Part shown: piece by piece, positions 1 through 11,897 of the stretch
Numbering within the stretch: the first letter of the stretch is position 1
Layout: every line of letters begins with the position of its first letter
NCBI GenBank assembly: GCA_964199315.1
Contig: OZ116706.1
Coordinates: forward strand, 24,552,001-24,616,000
DNA: 64,000 nucleotides
From: Orbicella franksi
Taxonomy: Eukaryota
Direction: 5' to 3'
Made by a program: the position numbers and the translations under genes
Notes under the pieces: generated by a model
Database searches by the model: none
The model's input: only the letters and a program-made list of their open reading frames with translations
What the model was told of the DNA's origin: nothing

Positions 1-60
1 CCAACATCACTCAGATCATGGTGCGTCAAAGGAACTGATGAATCCACCCAGAACGAGATA

Positions 61-239
61 GGGTGCATTCCTTTGGGATGATCTGGATCAGGATCAATGA
101 TCCAACATCACTCGGATCATGGTGCATCAAAGGAACTGATGAATCCACTCTGGGTACTGAAGGACTCATCGGTTCCTTGATAATCTGAGTGATCTTCTAT
201 CACTGACCTTGTTCCGGATCATCTGAAAGGAACGCACCC
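61..239. mobile_element. Palindromic MITE, PIF/Harbinger-like (GGGTGC...GCACCC ends); partial extra copy at 1-55
   Basis: Terminal inverted repeats GGGTGCATTCCTTT / AAAGGAACGCACCC and a self-complementary body; same family as 713-887. Confidence 0.8.
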
Positions 240-410
240 TATATAAATTCGTAGGTTTCTCTAAGCATCACTACCTGACGGATCTTGAATCTTAAATTGT
301 AAACCCTGATCAATCCAAAAATTAAATATACATCCTTACGCTTCATCGCCATCTCGTTAACGGAGTGGGTCAGCTTCAATTCGACCTTGTTCAAGAATCC
401 CTTTACCATA

Positions 411-898
411 TTAAGCAATTAGATTATGAGCTCGAGATTTCTATCGCGTGACAGTTGACGAGGGCGCAGCCCGAGTCAGCCATCACGCATGGAAATCGAG
501 AGCGAATAATCTAATTGTTTTAGTATAAATCTACTATTCATTCAAAACTTTATCTAAATCCTCTTCACAGACACTTCGAAAACGCCAAGAAGCGGTCGTC
601 ATTTTATTTACAAGTGCACACTACTACGCTACTCGCTATCTATCACAGAGCAGATAGTGCGTAGCGCAGCCAATCAGAAAACGGCACTCGTGATAGAACG
701 CTAGTAGATTTAGGGTGCGTTCCTTTGGGGTGATCTGGATCAGGATCAGAGATCTGTCTAGATCATGGTACATCAAAGGAACCGATGAATCCACTCTGGT
801 CATGGATTCATCGGTTGCTGTGATGCCCCATGATGACAGATCTTGGTTCACTGATCCTGATCCAGATCACCCCAAAGGAACACACCCTTATACTAAAA
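411..898. mobile_element. Non-autonomous palindromic repeat element hosting the 713-887 MITE
   Basis: TTTTAGTATAAATCTACTA (518-536) is the reverse complement of TAGTAGATTTA|TACTAAAA once the nested insert is removed; a related fragment lies at ~6385-6431. Confidence 0.65.
713..887. mobile_element. PIF/Harbinger-like MITE with TTA target-site duplication
   Basis: TIRs GGGTGCGTTCCTTTGGGGTGATCTGGATCAGGATC / GATCCTGATCCAGATCACCCCAAAGGAACACACCC; TTA at 710-712 and 888-890. Confidence 0.85.
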
Positions 899-1852
899 GA
901 TCATAGCTCTTACCTCTGCTCCAGGAGCAGCAAACGAGCGAGCCCGGATCCGAGTACGAGCGCAAGGAAGGTGTGACTTTATTTTGCCATTTTCTATGAA
1001 TTCCAGTCTGTGTAGTGTATTGGACGCGCCATGATGATCCAACGATATTAAGTAACGTCGGGCATTAATATGGAAGCAAATGACTCGATCGCCTTTCATC
1101 CCATAAAACACAGTCATCTGCAAATCAAAATCACCAGCGGAAAATTAATGCCAATGATGTAATTAATATATCTTGAAAATAAAAGGATTTCTTATTTTTA
1201 AGGCATCACACTTTATAGTCTCACTTTCGACATTCTGTAGTTTGATCTAGTTTGCCTGTAGCACTGAAAATCGTCCCAAATAAGTCCGTCTCCAGCCAGA
1301 CCAATTGGACCAATTTTCAGCCGAATTTCCAGCTGAGATTTGGTAGCGAAGATCGCTATCCGCCTGTAGACTCTCTGTACGCTATTTCCGAAACATTTTC
1401 GCAAGTCGTTGGAATAATTCTCTAGATTTATATAAACTTGCAAACCGAAGATCGTCGATGTATTGCAATGATTACCGCGGAAGTGCCCAAAAAAATTATT
1501 GACAAAAATTGAATATGCCCTGTAAGTTCATGTACTTTCACTTTCCTTTCCTAAAAAGTTTCCACAACCTAAAAAATATTTTATTTTTCCGCAATTCAGT
1601 GTCTGCTACTCAGAAACCCTCAAATTCTCTTACTTGAAAAATAATTCAATGACTGGATTGCCACGTTAATTGTGCGCACCGCAGAATTAGGATAGGTCCA
1701 CTATCTGCAAGATTGTGCGTAATCATGTAATGCTAATAGGGAGTTTAAGAAAGCACGACAGCGACGCCGAGGACAACGGAGATTGAAAAATGATTTTATA
1801 TTTTACCTACACATTTGGTGGTACTCTTAAGTCATTTACTTTGTTTATCACT

Positions 1853-2030
1853 CAGTGGCGGATCTAGGGGAGGGGCCCGGAGGGCCCGTACCCCCGCCCC
1901 CACCCCCCTTTTTTTAGGGGGGTAAAAAAGAAAAAATCACAGAAGGAAGAAAAGCCGGCAGGCTGAGCAAAACAAGACCGCCCCTTCCTCCCCGCCCCCC
2001 CTCTTAGCTCAAGGTCTGGATCCGCCACTG
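1853..2030. mobile_element. MITE with CAGTGGCGGATC TIRs and 5-bp TSD
   Basis: CAGTGGCGGATC...GATCCGCCACTG; TCACT duplicated at 1848-1852 and 2031-2035. Confidence 0.85.
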
Positions 2031-2188
2031 TCACTGTTAAAACAAAAATGAAACTAAATTTGGAACACAGCAATTTGAAATAGAAATTTTTAAAAAATTA
2101 GCCGTCATTGTTCACGTTCTCCAGACAACGCAGAATTCGGTCATTTCGCGTTGTTGTTTTGTAGAGAATGGCAAAAAATGTACATGCC

Positions 2189-2350
2189 TCTTACTAACCG
2201 AGTTCGAGGGTCGTACTGTAAGTTATACGGACCAAGTTTATTCCCCATCGATTTATGGCCCTAGCGCGAAGCGCGCGGGCCATGAATCGAAGGGGAAAAA
2301 ACAAGGATCCGTAACTTACGATACGGACCGAGAAAACGAGGTTAGTGAGA
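2189..2350. mobile_element. Small MITE (TCTTACTAAC...GTTAGTGAGA)
   Basis: Short inverted termini and an internal inverted repeat (GTAAGTTA / TAACTTAC). Confidence 0.55.
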
Positions 2351-3033
2351 TATTGTGTATCTCTATTGTGTGTCTGACACGTTCGGGAACGATTTCTATT
2401 CACGTGGCACGGCTTCAAATTTCTGATGCACCTCGAAAGCAAAACGAGTCAATTTGAAATCGTTGTTAAGTGACTCTTAAGTCGTTAGCGGGTTTTAATA
2501 CACAGTTTCAGAAGTAAAAGAAAGTTTTAAACGTTTACTTGCTATAAAAGTTAAGAACACTTAGTGATAATCAAGAAACATTTTGGCAACAAAAACAGCT
2601 TTCGATTTTAGTGGGCGTACAGTAGAATGAGGCCCGCTAAATTGACCAATCACAGCCGGCGTACTAACTGAGAGACAAAATAGCAAGAATTATAACGTAC
2701 GTGCACAACCAATGTTCTGCTCATGAAACCTTTTGTTCAGCGACGTTCCCGTTGCCGTTACCGTCGCGGCTTTCTTAAACTCCTTACTATCAACCTGACT
2801 TCAGCGCTTCGCTTGTGGGCTCTTTTCATCTCAGCTTCTCTCTCCGTTTGATTTTAGTTGTTTTGCTCTCAGCAGTTTCTGATACGCTACGCGCGATCAG
2901 GAACAATTTTGATTATTAAATGTACGATGTTGGTTTGAACAGTATCAAAAAAGTGGCCTGTAGACTAATCTTTGGGTTAAAATCATTATCGAATTAGCAA
3001 ACGCCAAATAAGAAGATTCATCCACTTAAAAAG

Positions 3034-4500
3034 TTATGGAATAAGTGATTTTTTCCAACAGCAAACCTTTCTAACATACATTGAAAACTGATTCGCTGAG
3101 CTTTTAAGTTGCAACTTGTAAGGTGGTAGGGTAGTTTCTTTGTATTTTTCTGCGATACGGCTGCAAACGTAAATTGTAGGGCGTTTAACCAAATTATTTG
3201 GATTTTCCCCCAACCATTTGATCATGGAGCACATTGCAACTTGCAACACGCCTTCGTAAGTTGTCACGCCACGAAAGTTTTTGAGGTGAAAGAGTTTTAG
3301 AATCAAACATTTTGTTCTCTCTTTAACACCTTGAGTTAAAGAGTCTCTTTAACACTCTTTAACACCTCTTGAGAATTTGGCATATATATCATTGTGCGTG
3401 ACCAGCATGCATATTCCCTGGTAAATATTATCAGGTCCGGTATCTATATATTTTACAGGTAACTGAAAAAGTTGACTGAATCAAGAGCGTACTTTGTAGT
3501 CTGTTTAACATCAAGAAAGCAGAGGACATAGCTTATTTTTCCAAGCAAGATTTAACTTCAATAAAATTCCATCAAGTGAACATTTACTTAAAATGTCAAC
3601 CCTCTGTTTTTATTATTTTGTTTAAGAGCCCAACAATGTTATACACAAATCTTTTCAGAAAAACGAAAAACAGTTACCTTGAACAGTCCTCCACCAACAA
3701 AGCGAAAAGCGACAGATTTTAGCTGGAGATGTCCAAGTAGTTCATGGATAATTTCTTCTCAGTATTATGCAAGCACTGTAAAACACAGCTAGAGCCTTCC
3801 AAACTGTTAATTTTCTGTCGTGTTTTAATTTAAAACAGCTATATTATATATCAAAGTGAAACTTAATGTCGGCTGCCCGTTAATGAACATCTATTACCTC
3901 CGGGTTTCTATAGTTTCACACGTCATGAAATTGGTCAATCCTTTGTGGCATGAAATTAGGACACTCGGCGTAGGTGTTCTAAGCCATTTCGTGAAAAATT
4001 TCGCGTCACACAGAACTCTCCCGGACCGATTTTTAAATCATGTTTTGGTGAAGTTAAAACAACAAAAACGTCACCGAGACAAAACAAGGTGTTTTGTTTT
4101 GGAGAAACTATGCCGGGCTACAACAGCTTCAAAGCAGTTAATTCTGTCATGTTTCATTTTCTGTTTTAAACACAGTTCGATGCTCAAATCAAAGCCAGGC
4201 GATACAAGGGCTTTTTTCCATTCGAGCATATTAACAACCAATGTTTTATTATACTTAATTACCAGTTGGTTTTCTAAAGGAACATTAAAAGCTGCTTCAG
4301 CGGAAGAATCATTGTCCTTATCTCTTTTCTTCCTTCTTTTTTCCGACAAACAGCTTGTAGAGTTTGTGCTTCAGCTAGTAAAAGCAAACCAGACAATTAA
4401 AAAGTCTTCATAAAAGACCTTTGCTAAATTCGAACAGCCAGTGCTGAAATCACTTAGGTCAAGAGACGGGTGTGTTTTATGTAAAAATCAAGATCTTCGG
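3034..4500 (-). pseudogene. Decayed coding-like region of unknown family
   Basis: Collinear protein-like segments on the minus strand (4071-4349, ~3676-3815 ending in AAG|GTAACT, 3034-3306) separated by stops and frameshifts; no family recognised. Confidence 0.3.
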
Positions 4501-5895
4501 TGATTTAATCCTCTACACGGGGAAAGCAGCAGTTAGGCTAACATATGCTGATTTTCTTATTCTTATTCAGTGATAAGTGCTTGAAATAAGTAGTCTATAG
4601 AAAGCAAAAGAGGTGCACAAAAAAAGTAATATTCCATAACAAAACAACTAAAACACGGAAGTCACGAAGGCTCATATAAATTATTTATTCGGTATCTTTC
4701 AGACTGCATTTTCGTAAATTACCCGCAGTTTTTTCCTTTTGTTATGACGGCGGTTTCAATTTTGTCTTTTCGTCAAGGAAAATATCACGAAATCAGTGAA
4801 AACAGCAGCACAAACCATGTCCTCGTCGTGAACGTAACTAACTTAGCTTTCCTAGCAATGAAGTAAAACAAAAGGAAACTTGAAAATATAAAGTCTAGCA
4901 GCTTTCCAGATATAAATTATTTTGACAGTCTACATAAGATTTGATTCTTAAGACAAACGTGCATCGAAAAAGAAATTTTCACCTTAACCTTCACCTTGCA
5001 TGATTCATTGTGCCAAACAAGAACAATTAATCTACTGGTAATTAAAGGTTGTCCTGAAGGAACTCTATACTGGCTAAAAACAGAAGTAGTGAACGTGCAC
5101 TCATAACACGTGTTGTTCGATCTTCCTCAGCATCTACGAACGTACGGCAACAAACTATTTCTTAAAAGTAGTTTGAAACTATAATAGATATCAGAGTTGC
5201 TAAGTTTCATGTTTTCACATTTGTAGCTCTTTTTTTTTTCACACTGCTTCATCTTGGAAACATCCTGCTTTCCTTGGTTTGTTAATGACAACATACCAGG
5301 AATTTGGTATTTCTAGCAGCATGAAAGTTATTTTGGGACATAACAATTTTCGAATGTATCCACAAGGGAAATACTGAGTATAGTCCTACCAAAACGCTGA
5401 CATGCACCGATTTTAGATCTGTTACGTAATAAACTGCTACCTTGTGGTTACGAAATACTCGACACAGGAGTCTAATTTGCGTCTTATAACTCCAATCTCC
5501 AGTTTTATTTCATGACCCTTTTCGTTTATTCCACCACATCTCTCAGCTGAGAGTATAGTCAATTTAAATGTTGACGTTTGTAATTTGCGGTTTCAGAAGT
5601 AGAAGACGCTTTCTAAGTGTTTGAAAGTCCGGGAGAACAAGACATACCGTGAAACGGCGAGTGCTGGGCAATGTTTCAACATGATCATAAGGGAAAGGGA
5701 CATTTTGCTCTGTTGAAACGCAGGACGAAGTTTCATTCGGCTTTTTCGGTTTCTTTTTCGAATTTATTGGTTTACCAACTTTGTCCATACACTGAGCGAA
5801 CGTGACCTAAGAGCAACGTGTAGCTGATCACTCTTCTTTGCTCTCCGCGCTATCCGCGCATACTCGTCCCTACCATCAGAGAAATCCCAGAGTTC

Positions 5896-5992
5896 CAACC
5901 TCGTCCCCAGGGGCTTCTCGATGATTTTCAATGTGGCGGCTCCTCCTGCCCGCCATATTGAAAAGTGGAGAAGGCCCTGAAGGATGAGACTG
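5896..5992. mobile_element. hAT-like MITE with 8-bp TSD
   Basis: Ends CAACCTCGTCCCCAGGG / GCCCTGAAGGATGAGACTG; CAGAGTTC duplicated at 5888-5895 and 5993-6000; internal palindrome TTTCAATGTGGCGG...CCGCCATATTGAAA. Confidence 0.75.
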
Positions 5993-6119
5993 CAGAGTTC
6001 CACATTCTGCTGATCTCCAATCTCAGCTATCAGTAAAATAAAAAACCGCGTCACTTCTCAGCTTACAGTTAACTTTTGACCAGTTCTCAATAAGCTGATT
6101 CGCACAAAGGCATGGCTAA

Positions 6120-6215
6120 CTTTCATCGCCTCTAGCTGTCCAATACAGGTTGTGGCTAATGAGGACTCTCCATCTGTCTCAATCCTCTCCTCCGCTGCAT
6201 GGTTGGCACACTCCA
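6120..6215 (-). mobile_element. Degraded RTE-type LINE 3' fragment
   Basis: Minus frame reads ED*DRWRVLI, resembling the A-x-DR-x-x-WR-x-x-V C-terminal motif of RTE ORFs. Confidence 0.35.
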
Positions 6216-6439
6216 AATGGTTGGCTTCTGAAACAGACTTTTGGTTTCATTCCATTGCCTCTGTACTTCCTCTGTACATGATTCTTGATCTGTTTTCATC
6301 GGTTTTATCTGCTCAATAATGTTTGCACTGACCAAGGGTTGCTAAGTTACCGTCAGTTCTCCAAACTGAAACACTATTCCTTATTAGTATAAATCTACTA
6401 GCATTCTATCATGAATGCCGTTCTCTGATTGTACACTCA

Positions 6440-8040
6440 CACTTGGTCAATAGCCCATATGCATTGATCTCCATCCATTTCCATTGCCTCTCAGGATATT
6501 CAGTAAATAATGTCAACTCAGGCTGCTCTGCCGAACCTTCTGCTGATATCTTGTAGCTGTTGATAGAAGCATGGACGTCCCATGACCTCCGTAGTTCACA
6601 AACTTCGCCATAATTCGTTTGCTCTACATTTCAGACCGTTGGGTTCACAACAGTCTGATGATAAGCTGATGATTTTCCATTGGTCTCATAGAATGCGATG
6701 AGGTGTGCATCTCCACATTCATCATCAAACATGCGCAAACCTTAATGATGTCTTCTCTTGATCATTTTCTTTGACAATCACACGAACCGAAGCGTGCCCA
6801 AGACGGTTGGTTGAACTGAACATTTTTTTCTCTTCTTTTTTTAACTCAACATGGAATGATTTTCCCTTTTTCCTCTCTGTTAACTAGCGTAGTTGGAGTA
6901 GGTACATCTACATGACTGGGTGCCTTCTTCTCCATCTAGAATGTTGCCTTTGTGGTCAGCCTGCTGGCCATCAATTGGTGAAGCAGCTACCAGTTCCTTC
7001 TCAAAACGATAATCCTGCGAAGAACTGTGCAGATATGAATCATTGTCCGTATCAGTGTTTGGTAGAGTATGGAAGTTAAGAGTGTCATCTTTAGCTGTCC
7101 GTGACATATCTGGGAATTTAGAAGACCCTGAAGCTTCATCTAATGTTTCTACCTGATGCCTTACGATGTCACTGCTTGATGCAATGTTCTTCAACTGTCC
7201 TGAACCTGACTTGGGAAATATTACGCAAGGATTGCATATAAAAGATGCAGCTTCTTGACCTTTGAGGTAAGTTACAAATGCGGGCTCAGTATAACGCGGG
7301 TCCACTATGCTACCTTCATGAATTTCACTGAACCCTGCCAACGTACGTTGAACAATTGCGCAAATTTCAACGTCACTAACAACAATGCATCTACCACAGA
7401 ATTGATTATGCAAAGACAGTGTTTGCGGAGATCTCTTTCTCTCTTCAATCCTTTCCAAGCTGAGGTATTCTTACAGCAGTCGAAACTGTTATGGCCACTA
7501 GCAGGTTTTTGCGACATTAATGCCAGATACCAATTGCTGAGGAATGTGTGTGGAACTCGTACCAACAATTTCTGCTAAACAAACATTGGCAATCCAGATT
7601 TTAAGATCAATTCTTCAACTGGCGGTGGCCGCATTTTAATCCCATACTTCTAGTTGCTTGTTGATGTGTCTTTCTTGCTTTTCTAGGCCTTCTTGTTGTT
7701 GAGCTTTTTGGTTGTTTCTTAAAAGGACGCCAATTTTCAACAATTTCTGATATGCAGGAGTGTGCAGCAGTTTTTGTGTCCTCGCCTTTTATGTACGCGA
7801 TAAATGAAGCATCCATATGCTGCGTGCCCGGAGTGTTTTCTCCGTGAATGTCGTTGAGTTTCTCCAACTCGCTTTAAAGATACCACAGATACCACAGCAC
7901 TTGTTGCAACAATTATGACACCGGGAATAAAGAGACAAAGGATAATACACCAACTGCGATGGACACACCTTTCGCTTTTCCTTTAGATTTGTCAGTCTCC
8001 AACTCTCTGAACAAAGCTAGTTCAGTCGTTTGTGACGATT
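6440..8040 (-). pseudogene. Frameshifted/nonsense-disrupted ORF of unknown family with an internal 25-aa repeat
   Basis: ORF pieces 7607-7867, 7305-7568, 6880-7458 and ~6440-6750 are collinear; DIHGENTPGTQHMDASFIAYIKGED aligns without gaps to EIHEGSIVDPRYTEPAFVTYLKGQE. Confidence 0.45.
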
Positions 8041-8304
8041 TCTACTTCTGTTTCGTCACTTGCCTTGCGCGTGCTGCGCGCGCAAGTCGAGGCGCGCGCT
8101 GATCTACGTACAGTCGTTTTGTTTTTTTAATAAAAAGCATTGCAAAAATCGCAGAAATTAAAGGATTTTTGTATAGGCAAGCATATTAATTCCTCGGCAA
8201 TCGCATGTCCCGTCCCCACTTTCCACTCCAATATATTCGATTTAGTCAATCGACCCCTTCCCGCCTCCCAAAGGTAAATTAGTTAATTACTTAGCACATT
8301 TAAA

Positions 8305-8430
8305 TTTGTGGAGGGAGGAAAACCGGAGTACCGGGAGAAAAGCCCTCGGAGTAAAGTGAGAACCACCAAACTGAACCCGGGCCACATTGTTTGGAGACAA
8401 GTGCTCTGAGCACGGCCCCATCCCTGCTCA
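8305..8430 (-). mobile_element. tRNA-derived SINE, truncated
   Basis: Reverse complement starts GAGCAGGGATGGGGCCGTGCTCAGAGCAC (A-box-like) and has GTGGCCCGGGTTCAG (B-box-like), then GGTTCTC...CCGGTTTTCCTCCC body; no tRNA 3' acceptor arm. Confidence 0.7.
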
Positions 8431-9199
8431 TCCCCTAAATCAACCACACTATTCGACTTCAAGCTTGATCATGACTCCGAAAAGTGAGCTCTTTAAAGTT
8501 TTTCGTAGCACATGCACCCCAACATATTTTTCAAGAAAATATTATCAAGTCCAAAGAAAGCAAAGGCACCAAAACATGCAAATAACGTCGATGTGTCTTG
8601 GTGTCGCGCGGGACAAAATGATAAATTTACAGTCAATAAACTGAGTATTTCACTGGATCTCGTCTTATTTTACTTTCACAGTGTTTGTTACTTAAGATTT
8701 CAAAATAAAGGAACGTTACCTTAAGGGAATTAAAACTTGCTCAAAAAAGTGAAGTGCGTTATTACAAGAAACAGAATAACTAACTCGTTCTTAGGCCGAG
8801 TAATTTCTACTTGTTGCGCAACATTTTTGCATTGCAGGCATGTTGAAAATAGCTGTTGTGAGTGTTTCTATCCGCGCTACAACGGTGCGCCAAGGGATGA
8901 TTAAGATAAAAGATTTAAATAACCGCCACCATGTAGGTGTTATTTCCAAGGTAATTCCCCTCAAGTTATTTTTAAGTCACTCTCGGTTTCGGAAATCCGT
9001 GAAGGATCTAGAAATAGCCAATCCTGTGACGAGGATTATGCTCACGTAGACAACCTGAGTAGACTGAAAAACAGTCGTAGTTTCGGCGAACCCACACGGT
9101 TTTTGAAATGCCAGAACTTTGAGACTACGTGTCATGCACGCGCGCATGGATGCATTCGGTGCCTCGCGCTGAACGAGACCCGAACAACGACTGGTTTGT

Positions 9200-9285
9200 A
9201 ATCTACAGCCCACGAAACATCGACGAAACGCGGGCGGTAACATGCGCGGAAACGTCGGTATAACTTGCCTGATGCATGATAGAAG
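9200..9285 (+). other. Candidate non-coding first exon of the PH-domain gene
   Basis: CpG-rich stretch ending in AG|GTAAGC at 9285/9286; matching acceptor TTTTACAG at 10443-10450, five bases before the ATG. The start coordinate is approximate. Confidence 0.4.
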
Positions 9286-10455
9286 GTAAGCCGCTTTTAT
9301 TAAAATGTTTTTAAAACATTTTGAGTGTATTTGACAAGTATTGTTTCTCTCGCACCTATTGTATAGACAGAAACACCATTAAGACTGGAGCTGCACACAC
9401 TGGAATAAAGGATGGCAATTCGCAGTGAGGACCAAGTAGGTTCATTCTTCCGCATACTTGATCCGCTGTCCCCAGTTCAGTCCGGTACAAAGAGTACACC
9501 AGACGCTAAATATAAAAGCAGACAAAGTTCAAAATTTCTATTATGTAGGATGTAGGTGTTATTCCAAGCATGTGAAGATTTCATTTGTAGTCAGTTTACA
9601 AAAAATAACAATCAGACTCCCACCCTAAGGTCAAGAATTTCTGATGGCGTCAAATAGAACCGAATGTTTGACGTAAACAAAATAAAAATCCATACCGTAT
9701 AAACAAGTGGCAAATTTTTAATTCATTGACTGAGGAAGAACTGGCTATTTCAAGACACTGATTTGATCGGATGATCGAAACTGATCATAAAATAATTATT
9801 GGTTTCTGTCGTAAGTCTTTTTCTTTCGACAGGTTATAAGTTTAAAGATATTTCAGTTCTGAATGATAACAAGTTTTACCTTGAATTTTCCGGCTCCATA
9901 TAACTTTTCTGTTACCATATTCATTGCAGAAAAATATTTTTTAAGTCTTTAAATCTGGTCAAAGACAGCAACATTAATTTCTTTCAGACAACTGAAAGAA
10001 TGTAAATAATGAAAAAAATATATTTTGACTAGGTGGTTCAGTAATCAAGCAGTTCACAACATGAATAATTTATTATCGTTTTCGAAATCACTCTGCTCGG
10101 TTCCGCTTTCCTTTACTCGAGTAGTGTTTATTTCATTGACTGAGGTTTTTTTTATCACTGAACGATCTCTTTACTCGGAAATGCCAGTCGCTTGTACACA
10201 ATTAACGTTTTACTTTGCCTGTCAACACTGTGACAAGGAATGATCGAGAATCAATTCAACGAATTTTGAATGAAAACATTTTTTACAACTAATCACTATG
10301 CCGGATTCGAATTACACGAGCGAAACATCTGCCTCCTCCGCATGAAGTGCGAGCTGGACCCACCCTGGTTGAGGTTTCGCGCACTACCTAATATTAAACT
10401 TCGAAGTCCTTTGGGATATTTGAGTCTCGTGTGATGGTCAAGTTTTACAGCAAAC

Positions 10456-11088
10456 ATGGCTGATCAAACAGAAACCTACTATGCAGATTTCTTGAAGAAA
10501 GAAGATCACACTGGCAAATGGCGACTGTACTGGGCGTCGCTGAATGCTTCAGGGCTTTACTTTCGATTGGGAAAAACGGTCGAGGGACACAATAATTTCC
10601 AGCAGTGCATCGAGCTAACCCCTGATTCACGATGTGTGCTAGCTAAACGACGAATGTACAGCTTTCGCTTTAACTTGATCACCAAAGGAGAAGTTTACAC
10701 GCTCAAGTGTGACTCGGTTTTGCAGAGATACCGTTGGATGTACATGATAGATTTAGTGGTGAATGGCCGACCACCAGAATCGCCACCAAACGCTATTATT
10801 CCTTTACTTAACAATGAAGCAACAAAGAATCACACGAACAGCATTGATGGTGCAGACCCTTGGAATCAGCGTAACTCTAAGCCAAAGAATGTCATTGCCA
10901 AATCTTCAAGTTTCATTCGGGTTTTGTCATTTAAGAAGATCGGGAATTGGAGAAAGCGAAACAACAGCCTTCCAGCAGCTCGATCTAAACGAAAGAAAGA
11001 AAATACGTCAAGCACAAACGCTACGAAAATATCAGACGACGACTGCAACTTCAATTTTGCCGAAAACATGGCTTTCTTTGACGATTAG
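10456..11088 (+). CDS. PH-domain adaptor-like protein, 210 aa, intronless CDS
   Basis: YADFLKKE..KWRLYWASL..SGLYF (beta1-3), FRFNLITKGEVYTLKCDSVLQRYRWMYMIDLV (beta6-7 and C-terminal helix with the conserved Trp); CAAACATGG start context; low-complexity basic tail. Confidence 0.85.
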   Translation: MADQTETYYADFLKKEDHTGKWRLYWASLNASGLYFRLGKTVEGHNNFQQCIELTPDSRCVLAKRRMYSFRFNLITKGEVYTLKCDSVLQRYRWMYMIDLVVNGRPPESPPNAIIPLLNNEATKNHTNSIDGADPWNQRNSKPKNVIAKSSSFIRVLSFKKIGNWRKRNNSLPAARSKRKKENTSSTNATKISDDDCNFNFAENMAFFDD

Positions 11089-11574
11089 AGTGAATTTTAC
11101 ACATGGCAATAACCGTCACGCGATCTACTCGAGCTGGTAAAGTTGCGTGACGTTAACAAAATTGAAGGAGAACATGAAGACCTTCTCGTTCACTTCTACA
11201 GTACAAGGAAGTTTGACTTGTGACCAACTCGAAGCTTTTCTAAACGATGGAATCCATAGAGAAGCAAAAAATGCTTAGAGTAATAGGCCCTTTTTATCTT
11301 GTGTACTTACATATTATGTTTCCATAATCATATTACCATAATCGTGTGATGTTCATATTCAATTAGCCAAATTCACTTCATCTAGCTTTTATCTACGCGA
11401 TATTCTTCTTTCAAATCAAACCGATTTAACTAGATTGCTATATCATAACCTCATTGTATGTTCACGGTAATCATTACTGTTTTAGTTTTAGTTTACAAAA
11501 TCTTTTGCAGCACTCAGACTGTATGTATTTATGGTCATGCAAATATAGCCAGTTGTTGTTATTTAAACAGTAGA

Positions 11575-11862
11575 ACACTTTTTCCGCGTTTACATAGCCT
11601 CATTTAAATACGAGGAGGGTTGGGAGAATTCGAAACAGTTATGCACACCCTCGACTACGACTCGGGTTTGCATAACTTTCGAGAATTCTCCCAGCCCCCC
11701 AGTGTTTAGATGAGGCTATGTAAACACGGAAAAATGCTCTGTTGCTTGTATAAAATAATTCTCAAAAATACGCGCGAACCTAACACGTCACAACCGTGTT
11801 TACATACTCTCATCTAAACACACCTATCGACCAATGAGAGCGCGCGCTCAGTTATTTTATAC
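11575..11862. mobile_element. Palindromic MITE
   Basis: TTTTCCGCGTTTACATAGCCTCATTTAAA...TTTAGATGAGGCTATGTAAACACGGAAAA inverted arms. Confidence 0.65.
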
Positions 11863-11897
11863 AACATATTACCGGTACATACAGTCTTATGCCAACC

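Larger units (their letters stand above)
1738..2784. mobile_element. Composite MITE (AGGGAGTTTAAGA...TCTTAAACTCCT ends) with nested insertions
   Basis: Inverted ends with GACGGC-type subterminal repeats; contains the elements at 1853-2030 and ~2189-2350. Confidence 0.6.

Noticed and set aside
1213-1480. YIDDL and WSNWSGW words in minus frames suggesting an RT or TSP1 domain
   Set aside because: Isolated short matches with nearby stops and none of the other required motifs or cysteines.
3856-4413. 185-aa plus ORF
   Set aside because: No domain features; antisense to the decayed minus-strand coding-like region.
5764-6054. 96-aa minus ORF
   Set aside because: Runs through a MITE with an 8-bp TSD, so it is a chance frame.
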